Origin: Methanomassiliicoccaceae archaeon
Lineage (GTDB): Archaea; Thermoplasmatota; Thermoplasmata; Methanomassiliicoccales; Methanomassiliicoccaceae
Reading direction: 5' to 3'
Assembly: GCA_040776945.1 (NCBI GenBank)
Contig: JAXGZN010000001.1
Span: 256,001-320,000, forward strand
DNA: 64,000 nt
Below, piece after piece: positions 28,470 through 38,417 of the stretch. Both the position numbers and the translations under genes were made by a program. Under the pieces are notes generated by a model. The model ran no database searches. It was not told the origin of the DNA and saw only the letters and a list, made by a program, of their open reading frames with translations. The stretch's first letter is position 1. Every line of letters begins with the position of its first letter.

Positions 28470-28558
28470 GGCCATGGGCGCTATCTTCGAGCTCGAAGGC
28501 GGGAAAAGCTCGACAAGCTTATACGCTCCGCTCCGTTCCAGTTATCAAGTGCTTGTCC

Positions 28559-29716
28559 ATGATTGAACGTGACGCTATCTTCGAGCTTCTTGACGATTAT
28601 GATCTGAGCGACGCTAAGGTCGGGGTGATCGGTTCCCACTCCGCGCTTGACACCTGCGACGGCGCGGTTGAGGAGGGCCTGCGAACCTTGGCGATATGTC
28701 AGGATGGGAGAGATGCCCCCTATTCCAGGTACTTCAAGGCCTTCCGGGACGAGGACGGCGTTGTATATCGGGGCATGGTCGATGAGGTGATGCTCCTCCC
28801 TAAGTTCCGCGATGTCATCAAGCCCCAGGTCATGGCCGATCTTCGTAAGCGCAACGTGCTCTTCGTCCCCAATCGCTCGTTCACCTCTTATTGCTCCATC
28901 GACTCGGTGGAGAACGAGTTCATGGTGCCCCTGATAGGCTCCCGGAACCTCCTGCGAAGCGAGGACCGGGGCGGGCCGAGGGACTACTACTGGTTGCTGG
29001 AAAAGGCCGGACTTCCGTACCCTCGCAGGATCAGCGAACCCGAGGACATCGATTCACTGAGCATAGTGAAGCTTCATCATGCGAAGAAGAAGCTGGAGCG
29101 CGGTTTCTTCACCTGTGCCTCGTTCCGCGAGTATAAGGAGAAATCTGAGCAGCTCATCCGGCAAGGCGTTATCGACCGGGAGTGCCTTGATACCGCCAGG
29201 ATGGAGGAGTACATCATCGGGCCGGTGTTCAACCTGGACTTCTTCTATTCGCCTCTGGAAAGGCAGGGTGAGAGGGTAGAGCTCATCGGAGTGGACTGGA
29301 GGTTCGAAAGCTCTCTGGACGGCCATGTCCGCATTCCCGCCCCACAGCAGCTAACGCTGACCGATGATCAGAAGGTCCCCGAGTACACCGTCTGTGGCCA
29401 TAACTCAGCTACACTTCGCGAGTCGTTGCTGGAAAGCGCCTTCGAGCTTGCCGAGAGATACGTCAAGGCGGCACAGGAGCACTTCTCTCCAGGGATCATC
29501 GGGCCGTTCTGCCTGCAGACCTGCGTGGACAAGGACCTCAAGTTCTACATCTATGATGTGGCGCCGCGCATCGGCGGCGGGACGAACGTCCACATGAACG
29601 TCGGCCACGCCTATGGCAACTCGCTGTGGCGTAAGAACATGTCCACAGGGCGCCGCCTGGCAATGGAGGTGCGACGCGCATTGGAGGAGGACCGGCTTAA
29701 GGAGATCGTGACCTGA
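28559..29716 (+). CDS. purP: Formate-dependent AICAR formyltransferase PurP family (ATP-grasp)
   Basis: GSHSALD, VPNRSF, LERGFF, GPFCLQ, RIGGGTN and MSTGRRLA motifs. Confidence 0.88.
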   Translation: MIERDAIFELLDDYDLSDAKVGVIGSHSALDTCDGAVEEGLRTLAICQDGRDAPYSRYFKAFRDEDGVVYRGMVDEVMLLPKFRDVIKPQVMADLRKRNVLFVPNRSFTSYCSIDSVENEFMVPLIGSRNLLRSEDRGGPRDYYWLLEKAGLPYPRRISEPEDIDSLSIVKLHHAKKKLERGFFTCASFREYKEKSEQLIRQGVIDRECLDTARMEEYIIGPVFNLDFFYSPLERQGERVELIGVDWRFESSLDGHVRIPAPQQLTLTDDQKVPEYTVCGHNSATLRESLLESAFELAERYVKAAQEHFSPGIIGPFCLQTCVDKDLKFYIYDVAPRIGGGTNVHMNVGHAYGNSLWRKNMSTGRRLAMEVRRALEEDRLKEIVT

Positions 29717-29726
29717 GGCCCCCATA

Positions 29727-30452
29727 ATGAGATGGCGGTTCGTGGACTCCGGCCTCGTCGCGCCGACCATGGCCTCGGCCATCGATGAGGCCATCCTTGA
29801 GTCGAGAGAACAGGGATCGGTCCCAGATACTTTCCACCTTTACCGCAGGAACGCTCCCGCGATCTCATTAGGACGCTTCGACAAGATAGGCACAAGCGTG
29901 GACCGGGAGGCTGCGGCCAGGCTCGGGGTGTCCCTGGTCCGCCGGATGTCGGGAGGGACCGCGATATATACCGACCCGGGCCACCTGGTATATTCCGTTG
30001 CGGTCGCCCGCGAGTCCATGCCCGATAGCCCCCCGGATGTTTTCCGCATCATCTGTCGAGGTGTGGTCCTTGCCTTGCAGGAGCTTGGCATCGAGGCCGT
30101 GTTCAGGCCGGTGAACGATGTGCTGGTAGGCGACAGGAAGATCTCGGGGAGCGCTCAGGTTCGCAGAAGAGAAGCGTTGCTGCAGCACGGCACCTTGATG
30201 GTTCGCACCGATTACGAGCGTATGTTCGCAGCGCTGCGGGGCAAGCGCCCTCGGAACGGCCTGACCTCGCTGGCAGAGGAGATGGAGGATGTCCCCTCCA
30301 TGGAGATCATCAAGAAGGCTATGGAAAGGGGCTTCTCCCAGGCCCTGGATGCTGACATGGTCAGGGATGGGCTTTCCGCGGCAGAGGTGGAGAGAGCGGA
30401 ACGGCTGGTGCGGACCATCTACGGCCGGGACGAGCACACATTCATCTACTGA
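29727..30452 (+). CDS. Lipoate-protein ligase A family (catalytic domain only)
   Basis: DEAIL, RRMSGGTAIY, NDV..RKISGSAQ and LQHGTL motifs. Confidence 0.88.
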   Translation: MRWRFVDSGLVAPTMASAIDEAILESREQGSVPDTFHLYRRNAPAISLGRFDKIGTSVDREAAARLGVSLVRRMSGGTAIYTDPGHLVYSVAVARESMPDSPPDVFRIICRGVVLALQELGIEAVFRPVNDVLVGDRKISGSAQVRRREALLQHGTLMVRTDYERMFAALRGKRPRNGLTSLAEEMEDVPSMEIIKKAMERGFSQALDADMVRDGLSAAEVERAERLVRTIYGRDEHTFIY

Positions 30453-30940
30453 ATGGGCTTGCTGAGGTCCAGATAGGCGATCTTGCGGTCCTCGGCCATG
30501 AATCCCAGCTTCTTATGGAGGAGCAGGGAGCTGATGTTGTCCGGCGCTATCGATGAGTGAAGGACCTGAGCGCCGAGCTTCTGTCCCTCTTGCGCGAGCC
30601 GCCTGAGCAACATGTAACCGACACCCATGCGGCGGTACTCAGGGTCCACGCCGATGTTCTCAAGCCACACGGCCTTCTCGATCCCGTCGATCCAGGGGAC
30701 CATCTGGGCGAACACAAAGCCCACCACTTGGTCTCCCTCCTTGGCCACAAAGCTCAGGCCAGAGCCCTTATAGTGGGCGAACGAACCGCTGGCCGACGCT
30801 CCGAGCTTCTGCCGGGTCTCTTGGTCGAACTCGTCCCAGCTACGCTTCATCGGTCCCTCGATATATTCGCGGATGCATGCCAGCTCCAGCATGCGTACGG
30901 AAACGCGGTCCTCGTCGGATAACGGGACGATCTTCATCAC
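30446..30940 (-). CDS. GNAT acetyltransferase
   Basis: VDPEYRRMGVG and N..SLLLHKKLGF motifs. Confidence 0.85.
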   Translation of the reverse strand: MMKIVPLSDEDRVSVRMLELACIREYIEGPMKRSWDEFDQETRQKLGASASGSFAHYKGSGLSFVAKEGDQVVGFVFAQMVPWIDGIEKAVWLENIGVDPEYRRMGVGYMLLRRLAQEGQKLGAQVLHSSIAPDNISSLLLHKKLGFMAEDRKIAYLDLSKPIQ

Positions 30941-32652
30941 ATCTCCTCCGGGGCGCTAAGGCCTAGTGTTGTGAGGACATTGGCCAGCACGATGCGGGTG
31001 GCATCGACGAGCGCAAGCCGGGCCTCGCGGCTTTCCTCCCCCTTGAGCACCGGAACATAGGTATAGAACTGGTTGAACGCCGCGGCGACCTCATGCCCAT
31101 AGGCCGGGAGCGCCTGGATGCGCTGCTTCTCTCCGGACTCGCGGACCACCGATGGATATCTGGCCAGAACCCGGATCAGCTTGAGCTCGTACTCGTTGGT
31201 GAGGACAGACGGGTCGATCTCTCCCCTCGCTGCCCCGGCCTTGCGCTGTATGCTGCAGGCGCGGGCGTGAGCGTACTGCACGAAGGGGGCCGAGTTGCCC
31301 TCGAAGTTAAGAGCGTCCTCCCACTTGAACACCAATGGCTTTTCCGGCTGCACTCGTACGATGTTGTAGCGGACCGCCCCGCGTCCGATGGCCCGGGCGA
31401 TCTCCAACATCCTATCCCCTGGCAGGTCAGTCCGCCTCTTGCGGACCTCTTCCAGGGCCCGCTCCTCCGCCTCCTCGATCAGATCGTCTAGGTAGACCAC
31501 CGTGCCCTTGCGGGTGGACATGCGGCCTTCGGGCAGGGAGACGAAGGAGTAGAAAACGCACTCCGGCACCCGCTCCTGTCCCAGCAGCCTGAGCGCTATC
31601 GCCAGCTGTGCCTGCCCCAGCTTCTGGTCCTCGCCCAAGATGTTGATCGTTCGGTCCGCCCGGCTGAACTTGTCCAGATGATACGCCATATCCCTGGTGG
31701 TGTACAGCGTGGTGCCGTCGGCCCGGGTGAAGAAGAACCTTGTTTCCTTTCCATGGATGCCGAACGGCTTCAGCTCCAGGTAGCACGCTCCCTGGTCCTG
31801 GCCACAGTGCTCAGAGCGCGTCAGCCGTTCGACCACGGTGCGGGCGGAGCCGTCCTCGATGAACCCAGACTCCCAGGTGAACTGGTCTATCACTACGTTG
31901 ATCGAGGCCAGGCTTTCGATGATGCCCTCAAGCATTAGCTTGGCGGTCCTGCGGACCTTGGCCATGACCTCCTTGTCGCCGTCCTCGAATCGACGGAGCA
32001 TATGCCCTACTTGCCTGGCCACCTCTGGATCGTCCTCCATCATCCTGTTGGCCCTCTGATAGTACACTACCAGGCGATGGTCGGCTTTATCTCGATCGAC
32101 CGGCGACAGCTTGTCAGCAGGGATGTTCTCCAGGCCCCAGGTCAGCAGCACGACCTGCTTGCCCACATCGTTCACGTAGTACTCGGTGGTGACATCGTAA
32201 CCATATGCCCTCATGCATCTGGCCAATGTGTCCCCGATGATGGGGTTCCTGGCCCGTCCGACATGTATCGGGCCGGTAGGGTTCACGGAGGTATGCTCCA
32301 GAAGGACCCTGGTCCCTGAAACCTTACCTCTTCCGTAATTGCTCTTCATGTCGAAGATGGCACCAAGCGTTGCCATGCTCAACTGTCGATCATCGACCTG
32401 GAAGTTCAGGTATCCTCTCTCGGCCCATGACCGGGACACCAGGTCCATGGGAGGCAACTTGGCGGCCGCGTCCTCGGCGATGATGGGGGGCGCTTTCCTG
32501 AGCACCTTGGCCAAGGGGAAGCAGGGCACAGCAAAGTCGGCTATGCCCGTCGATGGGACCTCGATGTCGAAGGGAACGTCCGTTCCCAGGCGTTCAAAGG
32601 CGATCTTCACCGCATCACGGACCTGGTGCTCGAACTTCTCCAGAGGGTCCAT
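30937..32652 (-). CDS. argS: Arginyl-tRNA synthetase
   Basis: EHTSVNPTGPIHVGRARN, MSTRKG, QYAHARACS and the terminal APEEM. Confidence 0.96.
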   Translation of the reverse strand: MDPLEKFEHQVRDAVKIAFERLGTDVPFDIEVPSTGIADFAVPCFPLAKVLRKAPPIIAEDAAAKLPPMDLVSRSWAERGYLNFQVDDRQLSMATLGAIFDMKSNYGRGKVSGTRVLLEHTSVNPTGPIHVGRARNPIIGDTLARCMRAYGYDVTTEYYVNDVGKQVVLLTWGLENIPADKLSPVDRDKADHRLVVYYQRANRMMEDDPEVARQVGHMLRRFEDGDKEVMAKVRRTAKLMLEGIIESLASINVVIDQFTWESGFIEDGSARTVVERLTRSEHCGQDQGACYLELKPFGIHGKETRFFFTRADGTTLYTTRDMAYHLDKFSRADRTINILGEDQKLGQAQLAIALRLLGQERVPECVFYSFVSLPEGRMSTRKGTVVYLDDLIEEAEERALEEVRKRRTDLPGDRMLEIARAIGRGAVRYNIVRVQPEKPLVFKWEDALNFEGNSAPFVQYAHARACSIQRKAGAARGEIDPSVLTNEYELKLIRVLARYPSVVRESGEKQRIQALPAYGHEVAAAFNQFYTYVPVLKGEESREARLALVDATRIVLANVLTTLGLSAPEEM

Positions 32653-33905
32653 CAATGTCCACCCAACCCGTACCTGAGTATGGCCGCGATCCCACCGAAG
32701 GCCTTCATCAGCATCTCCCCCTCCTCCGAGTCCACAGAGAGCAGTTCCACTTTGGTCCCTACCTTGGAGGCGTCCTCATAGAAACTGTCAACGAGATCGA
32801 CAACGCTCTCCACCACGGGGTCGACCTGCGGACACTTCGGGCACCTGGCATCCTCTTCCCGGTCCACAGTGAGCCAACCGCTCCAACCGCACTTGGGGCA
32901 GCTGATGGACGCTCGCTTCTTCCTTAGGCCCTCCGAGAGCAGGAGCGTATCCACAGCACCCATCTCCAGGGCATGGCGGACCTGTTCCTCTCCATAGCTG
33001 GCTAGACCGCCGTCGGATTTGCGTATCTCTTCCAGCAATCTTTGCATAAGGTCCTTTTCCCTCATGAGGTCAAGATCGATCAGCGAGTCCTTGGCCTTCT
33101 CCACCAGCTCCTTGAGCCCATACTCGTCCGTGTATCCGGTATCGAAGGTGTCGATGATCTTTTTCCTGAGCTCGTGATGGAGGTATTCCTCCTTTACGAA
33201 GAACTCCTTCGTGGGCCCTGGTCCGCCGATCAAGATCCCCTTCAGGTCGGTCTGGGCCAGGAAGGCCTCGTTGGCCACATCTGCGGTCTTCTTGTAGAAC
33301 TCATGGGCAGCGATCTCGATCAAACGCTCGAAACGCAGGGCCGATTGCCCTCCCCTTCCGTGCTTGGACGGGACAAGCGATTGTATGTTCTTGACCGTAA
33401 TGACCCGCTTCCCTTTCAGCAGGCCGATGGTGGACTCCGAGCGATCGATGACCAGAAGGCCATAGGTCTGCTTCTCGTCGAGCATGTCCCATAGCTTCTC
33501 CGTATAGAACTCAGAGTCGCACCTGTACAAGAACGAGGTTATTGGCTCCGGCGGCTCAAGCACATATTGTACTTGTTTGGTCTGGTCCCCGGAGGTGGGC
33601 GCCTCGCCAACGAAGAATATGACCCCGTTCTCCGGAGGGGTCTTGAAGTACTTCAGGCGTGCCAGGATCGACTCGATCGCTCCGGTCACCGCCTTGTTGG
33701 TCCTTTTGCTCTTGATGTTCTGTGATTGGGAGTACTCATTTCGCAGATAGTTCGCCACATCGGATATGAGCTTGTCCGGGGGAACGTAGACGGAGACCAG
33801 TTCGGTGCCGCGGCCGTGTATCTCCCTGATCTCTTCCAAGGCCCGCTTGAAGTCGTACCGGCGCTTCTCCATCAACCGTTCGTTGTCGCTCTCGTCAGGA
33901 GCCAT
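32652..33905 (-). CDS. prf1: Peptide chain release factor aRF1
   Basis: GRGTELVS, NIKS, YRCD, HGRGGQS and FGGIAAILRY motifs. Confidence 0.96.
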   Translation of the reverse strand: MAPDESDNERLMEKRRYDFKRALEEIREIHGRGTELVSVYVPPDKLISDVANYLRNEYSQSQNIKSKRTNKAVTGAIESILARLKYFKTPPENGVIFFVGEAPTSGDQTKQVQYVLEPPEPITSFLYRCDSEFYTEKLWDMLDEKQTYGLLVIDRSESTIGLLKGKRVITVKNIQSLVPSKHGRGGQSALRFERLIEIAAHEFYKKTADVANEAFLAQTDLKGILIGGPGPTKEFFVKEEYLHHELRKKIIDTFDTGYTDEYGLKELVEKAKDSLIDLDLMREKDLMQRLLEEIRKSDGGLASYGEEQVRHALEMGAVDTLLLSEGLRKKRASISCPKCGWSGWLTVDREEDARCPKCPQVDPVVESVVDLVDSFYEDASKVGTKVELLSVDSEEGEMLMKAFGGIAAILRYGLGGH

Positions 33906-34238
33906 TGTTCTCTAACCACGCTTTTTCTACACCAAGGATGTTGTGATAATAAATCTATTGGTAAGCTTCCCTCCTGGTCTGGAGGCTGGAGATGTAGCGG
34001 ACCGTCAAGTGCATGATCTCCGGCAGTCGCGGCCGGCAATGACCATTATAGTCAGAGGTCCGCCGTCCCGCATTTTTTCCTCTCCGCATAAAAAGGCAGA
34101 GCTCAGCGCGGCCGGGGAAGAGCGGCGGCCTTGTCGATAGGCGGGGGGGGGCGATGATATATATAAATGCCTAGGAAGTATGCGGCCTCATATCCTCTTT
34201 CATGAGCGGCCAATTGCCGCGTCAGCAGGTGAAGTTCC

Positions 34239-34922
34239 ATGGAAAAGGTAGTTATCTCACTTGGCGGCTCCATCATCATCCCCGGCGATCGGGACGGAGA
34301 GTTCCTATGCCGCTTCGCCTCGATGCTTCGACCGTTGATCGATGACCTCGAGATCTATGTGGTCTGCGGAGGCGGAAGGACCGCTCGGTACTACATTAAC
34401 ACCGGCAGAGAGCTGGGAGGCAGCGAGGAACAACTGGATGAGATGGGCATCGAAGTGACCCGCTTGAACGCCCGGCTCCTCCAGATATCGCTGGGCGAAC
34501 TGGCCGGAGATACTGTGCCCCGCACTGTGGAGGAAACGGCCGCTGAGGGGCGAAGAGGGCGGGTGGCGATCATGGGTGGCACGACCCCTGGACATACCAC
34601 CGATGGCGTGTCCGCGGCCTTGGCCGAGATGGTAGGCGCGTCACGCATAGTGAACGCCACATCGGTGGACGGCGTCTACTCCGCGGACCCCAAGAAGTAC
34701 GAGGACAGCGTGAAGTTCGAGCGTCTGACCTTCGCTGAGCTGGATGCGATGATGGGCAAGAGCAAGCACGGCGCTGGTAACTCCAACGTGTTTGACCCGA
34801 TGGGGGCGGAGATAGTCAAACGATGCCGGATCCCTATTCTGGTAGTGCACGGCCGGGACATTGAGGATATGAGGAACGCCATCCTTGGCCTGAGGATCAA
34901 GGGAACTGTCATTGACGGGTGA
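34239..34922 (+). CDS. pyrH: UMP kinase
   Basis: SLGGS, GGGRTAR, GHTTD and VDGVYSADPK motifs. Confidence 0.93.
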   Translation: MEKVVISLGGSIIIPGDRDGEFLCRFASMLRPLIDDLEIYVVCGGGRTARYYINTGRELGGSEEQLDEMGIEVTRLNARLLQISLGELAGDTVPRTVEETAAEGRRGRVAIMGGTTPGHTTDGVSAALAEMVGASRIVNATSVDGVYSADPKKYEDSVKFERLTFAELDAMMGKSKHGAGNSNVFDPMGAEIVKRCRIPILVVHGRDIEDMRNAILGLRIKGTVIDG

Positions 34923-34984
34923 CCTTTGGGACAACCTTCATGTCCCTTCAGAGCATAGTGCGAAGGGACAGAAGGTGAGCTGGT

Positions 34985-35494
34985 ATGGCCAATAACAATA
35001 AGCAGTGCAAGCAGATCAAGAACCTGAAGGACGAGGTCAGCGCCGAAGATGCGGTGGACGAGATGGGTTGCCGCATGGGCAACTACATACCGCATACTCT
35101 AGCGCATATAAAGGACCACAATCCAGAACTGGCCGTCGTGATAAAGGAGCTGGACCGTGTACTGGTGCATGATGGCGCTCTAGACCGCAAGACCAAGAGG
35201 CTCATCGCCCTGGCCTGCGTGGCGACCCGCATGTGCGAAGATTGCATCTATCCGCAAGCGCGCGTGGCCGCCAACTACGGTGCCACTAAGGAGGAGCTGG
35301 TAGAGGCGATGCATGTGGCTGTCGTCACCGGCGGCGTGCCTGTATGGTCGGTGGCCAAGCGCGGCCTGAGCCAGGTGTTCGCTGAGATGGATGAGGATAA
35401 GGCCTCCGGAAGGACCGCTCCCCGTCCCGTAATGGGCTCATGCGCCGGACCCATGTCCTCCGGTGCCGCCAGCAAGAAGAAGGGGAAGAAGTGA
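34985..35494 (+). CDS. Carboxymuconolactone decarboxylase / AhpD-like protein
   Basis: GALDRKTKRLIALA, CEDC and GATKEELVEA motifs. Confidence 0.85.
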   Translation: MANNNKQCKQIKNLKDEVSAEDAVDEMGCRMGNYIPHTLAHIKDHNPELAVVIKELDRVLVHDGALDRKTKRLIALACVATRMCEDCIYPQARVAANYGATKEELVEAMHVAVVTGGVPVWSVAKRGLSQVFAEMDEDKASGRTAPRPVMGSCAGPMSSGAASKKKGKK

Positions 35495-35519
35495 CCCTCT
35501 GGGCGGAGTAGAGGGAACC

Positions 35520-36350
35520 CTATATGCTATCGAGGTCCGAGCTGTCCACGGCATCGTAGCCAAGGTCAACCACGATCTTGGCCACTGCAGTGGCCTCGGA
35601 CCTTTTCATTGATTTTCGGTGGATATACACCAAACGCGCGCCGCTGCTCTCTGCGCCCATGCGTATCTTCTCCCTCAAGGACTCCAGGTCTCCAGGATCG
35701 AAAGCATAGTTGGGGAGCATGTGGCCGAAGGATATTTTCTTGCCCAGCGATGTCTCGGTGAACCTCGGCGCATAGTGGCCGCCCCCGATCCCCATGGCGA
35801 TCGGGTAGGCTTCAACTTCGACCTCCTGCAAGGTACGGGCGATGGTCCGAGCAGCATCCAGGTCCCCCCAGGTCCCCTCGCTGCTCCCAATCTCGATGAA
35901 CAGAGCAGGCGTGGTCAGGTAGGGGCCGTGATGTGTGACCTCGAAGGCCACCTCGAAGGGCATTTCCGACGCTTCCTCTTTGAGCTTCCGCAGCAGAGAG
36001 GTCATGAGGTGCGGTGCGGCCGGGACGAGGGTTCCCGGCCGTCCGCCGTATTCAGCATCCCCCCAGTTCCCTATGGGGTGAACGGTCAATGACCTCTTTC
36101 CCGAAGCGGCCTTGTGGCGGGACAGGAACACGACCTCTCCGGGCCTCGCCTTAAGGGCTTCAGAGGCGGCCAGGTCAATGTCGTCATAGTAAAGATGGAG
36201 GCGAGGAATGGTGATCATCACCATATCGCCCTTGCGGTGGACGGGGGCGTCGTTCATCTCTCCGTCCTGTGACCAGCCTCCAGACGCAAGCATCGCGTCC
36301 CTTATGTTCACGCTGGCGTTGTCCTCAGTGCTGCACACCAACAGGCGCAT
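35520..36350 (-). CDS. dtdA: D-aminoacyl-tRNA deacylase (archaeal DTD2)
   Basis: FLSRH, LTVHPIGN, EVTHHGP, FIEIGS and GGGHYAP motifs. Confidence 0.92.
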   Translation of the reverse strand: MRLLVCSTEDNASVNIRDAMLASGGWSQDGEMNDAPVHRKGDMVMITIPRLHLYYDDIDLAASEALKARPGEVVFLSRHKAASGKRSLTVHPIGNWGDAEYGGRPGTLVPAAPHLMTSLLRKLKEEASEMPFEVAFEVTHHGPYLTTPALFIEIGSSEGTWGDLDAARTIARTLQEVEVEAYPIAMGIGGGHYAPRFTETSLGKKISFGHMLPNYAFDPGDLESLREKIRMGAESSGARLVYIHRKSMKRSEATAVAKIVVDLGYDAVDSSDLDSI

Positions 36351-36498
36351 ATGACCGCTGGCCGGTAGGGCGGTCAAGTAGATTATCTTTCCCGCTATTG
36401 AGAAGGATAAAACTTAATCTAACATCATCATTGGGCGCTCCGCCGCAGACCTAGCTCAACATTAAGCGGCGATGATCACATATCAGGAAGCGATTACC

Positions 36499-37902
36499 AT
36501 GCCAGGCTCGAACGACAGGTCGGAGACCAACGCACAGAAGGAGCTTCGCACCCTCCGCGATTATGTTCACCTTTTAGCCGACGCCATTGACAAGTCCCCC
36601 ATGCCCTTTGTGGCCATATACCCTGACGGGCGGACGATGGCCTTCAACGAGGCGTACGTCAGGCTCACTGGCTATAGTGAGGAGGAGCTCAGGAGCATGC
36701 AATGGGTCATGTACCTCACTCCCCCAGAATGGCACGAGCGAGAGGCCCAGGCCATGGAAGAGCTAAGGCGGACCGGACAACCACAGTCCTACGACAAGGA
36801 ACAGATGAGCAAGGATGGCTCACGGACCCCAGTGCGGACGATACTCGGACAGACCACTGACAAGGACGGCAAGGTGCTGTATTATTATGCGCTCATAACC
36901 GACCGATCGGACAAGCAGAGGGCCGATAGGTTGGAGAAGGATCTTCAGGAGGCCAAAGAGGGTGGGAGCGGGCTTATGGATGCCGTGTTCGAGGGCGTTG
37001 CCATCGTCCAAGGGGGAAAGGTGGTCGCTGCCAATGACCGGTATGCCGAGATCGTCGGCTATTCAACGTCTGAGATCATTGGGATGGACGAGGACCAACT
37101 GGTCACGCCGGGCCTGCGGGGCCTGGTGTCGCCGAAGATCACCGGCCCGTCCGGGATTTCCGAGGCCATGATGAAGAGGAAGGATGGCTCCACCGCATCG
37201 GTAGACATGAGCGTCCAAGACACTCAGTTCAAGGGTGCCCCGGCCAAGACGGTACGGGTTCTGGACGCCTCGGACAGAGCCAAGTTCCAAGAGGACCGTG
37301 AGCAGCTGCTGAAACAACTGGCGGGGGTAAGCGAGGAACTGACCGGCCTTAGGCAGGTCTCGGCGATATCGGTCAACGTGGCCCAGCCGGAGCTGGCCAT
37401 GGAGACGCTGCTGAGGAACCTGGTAACCGTGGTCCGCGCCGACTCGGGGATGGTTCTGGTGCGTGAGGGAGATAGGATCACGTCCCGCATCGCCCATGGC
37501 TTAGGTGACAGGTTGCCTGCGGGATACTTTGAGGAGATCGACAGCAGCTTCACCGGCCGCGTGGTGAGCGAGAGCCGGGCCATCTTCGTGGAGGACGCCC
37601 AGACCGATCCCGCCATCTCCGAGCCCGTCAAAGCGGCCGGATGGCGGAGCTTAATGGCCGTTCCCATTAGGCACAGCGCGAACATCATCGGAGTGCTACA
37701 GGTCGGCTGGTCCTCGGCCCATGCCCAGAACGACAGAGAGATGAGGCTCATGGAGATCGCTGCCGATCGCTGCGCCTCGGCCATAATGGTCACCAGGGTC
37801 TCAGAGACCTCGAGGGCAAGTGAGGACATCGGCTCGATGCTCAGCGAGATCAACAGCCAGCTGAGCTCCAGCTTGAAGTTTGGCATGCAGAACGGCAGGT
37901 GA
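36499..37902 (+). CDS. PAS-PAS-GAF sensor protein without output domain (possibly truncated)
   Basis: NEAYVRLTGYSEEEL, KDGS, NDRYAEIVGYS; GAF motif SLMAVPI..IIGVL. Confidence 0.75.
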   Translation: MPGSNDRSETNAQKELRTLRDYVHLLADAIDKSPMPFVAIYPDGRTMAFNEAYVRLTGYSEEELRSMQWVMYLTPPEWHEREAQAMEELRRTGQPQSYDKEQMSKDGSRTPVRTILGQTTDKDGKVLYYYALITDRSDKQRADRLEKDLQEAKEGGSGLMDAVFEGVAIVQGGKVVAANDRYAEIVGYSTSEIIGMDEDQLVTPGLRGLVSPKITGPSGISEAMMKRKDGSTASVDMSVQDTQFKGAPAKTVRVLDASDRAKFQEDREQLLKQLAGVSEELTGLRQVSAISVNVAQPELAMETLLRNLVTVVRADSGMVLVREGDRITSRIAHGLGDRLPAGYFEEIDSSFTGRVVSESRAIFVEDAQTDPAISEPVKAAGWRSLMAVPIRHSANIIGVLQVGWSSAHAQNDREMRLMEIAADRCASAIMVTRVSETSRASEDIGSMLSEINSQLSSSLKFGMQNGR

Positions 37903-37979
37903 GCCTACCGTTCCCGTGAAACCATTTCCTCTCTGTTTTTTTATCTTCGCTGCATGCATGGCGTGGTAGCACGGTGAGG

Positions 37980-38123
37980 ATGAGCGAGGAAGTCGTGGAG
38001 CTCGTTCGGCCGTATAGGGCTGCTATTCATACCACGGTGTTCCCGGAGAGCATGCCTAATGTCTCACCAAAGGGCGGCCTGACCGTCCTGGACCGCAAAC
38101 GGTTGGTTTTGCCGGCCCTATAG
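37980..38123 (+). pseudogene. Remnant of a pyridoxamine 5'-phosphate oxidase-like (FMN split-barrel) gene
   Basis: Manual translation MSEEVVELV...PNVSPKGGLTVLDRKRLV followed by loss of frame. Confidence 0.5.
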
Positions 38124-38417
38124 AGGGCCACACGTCGAGGTCCGGCCGGTGGTGACCGTGCCGGCCCCGGACCAAGGTCAGAGATGTTATCGGACCAGAG
38201 GCCGAAGGCGAGGGGCGTTGACGGTTACACTTATGCCCACATGTGCGAGGTGGCGCCTGCTTAAGGTCCCTTTTCCGCCGCTGTCCGAGGTCATGGCGGT
38301 CGAGGCCATTTAGGTGATGTCCTTAGATCGATCGACCAAGCGGTCGAATTGATTATCAATAATGGAATATACAATTAATTACATAAATTATATACGGAGG
38401 TCGCCGGATGCGCCCGC

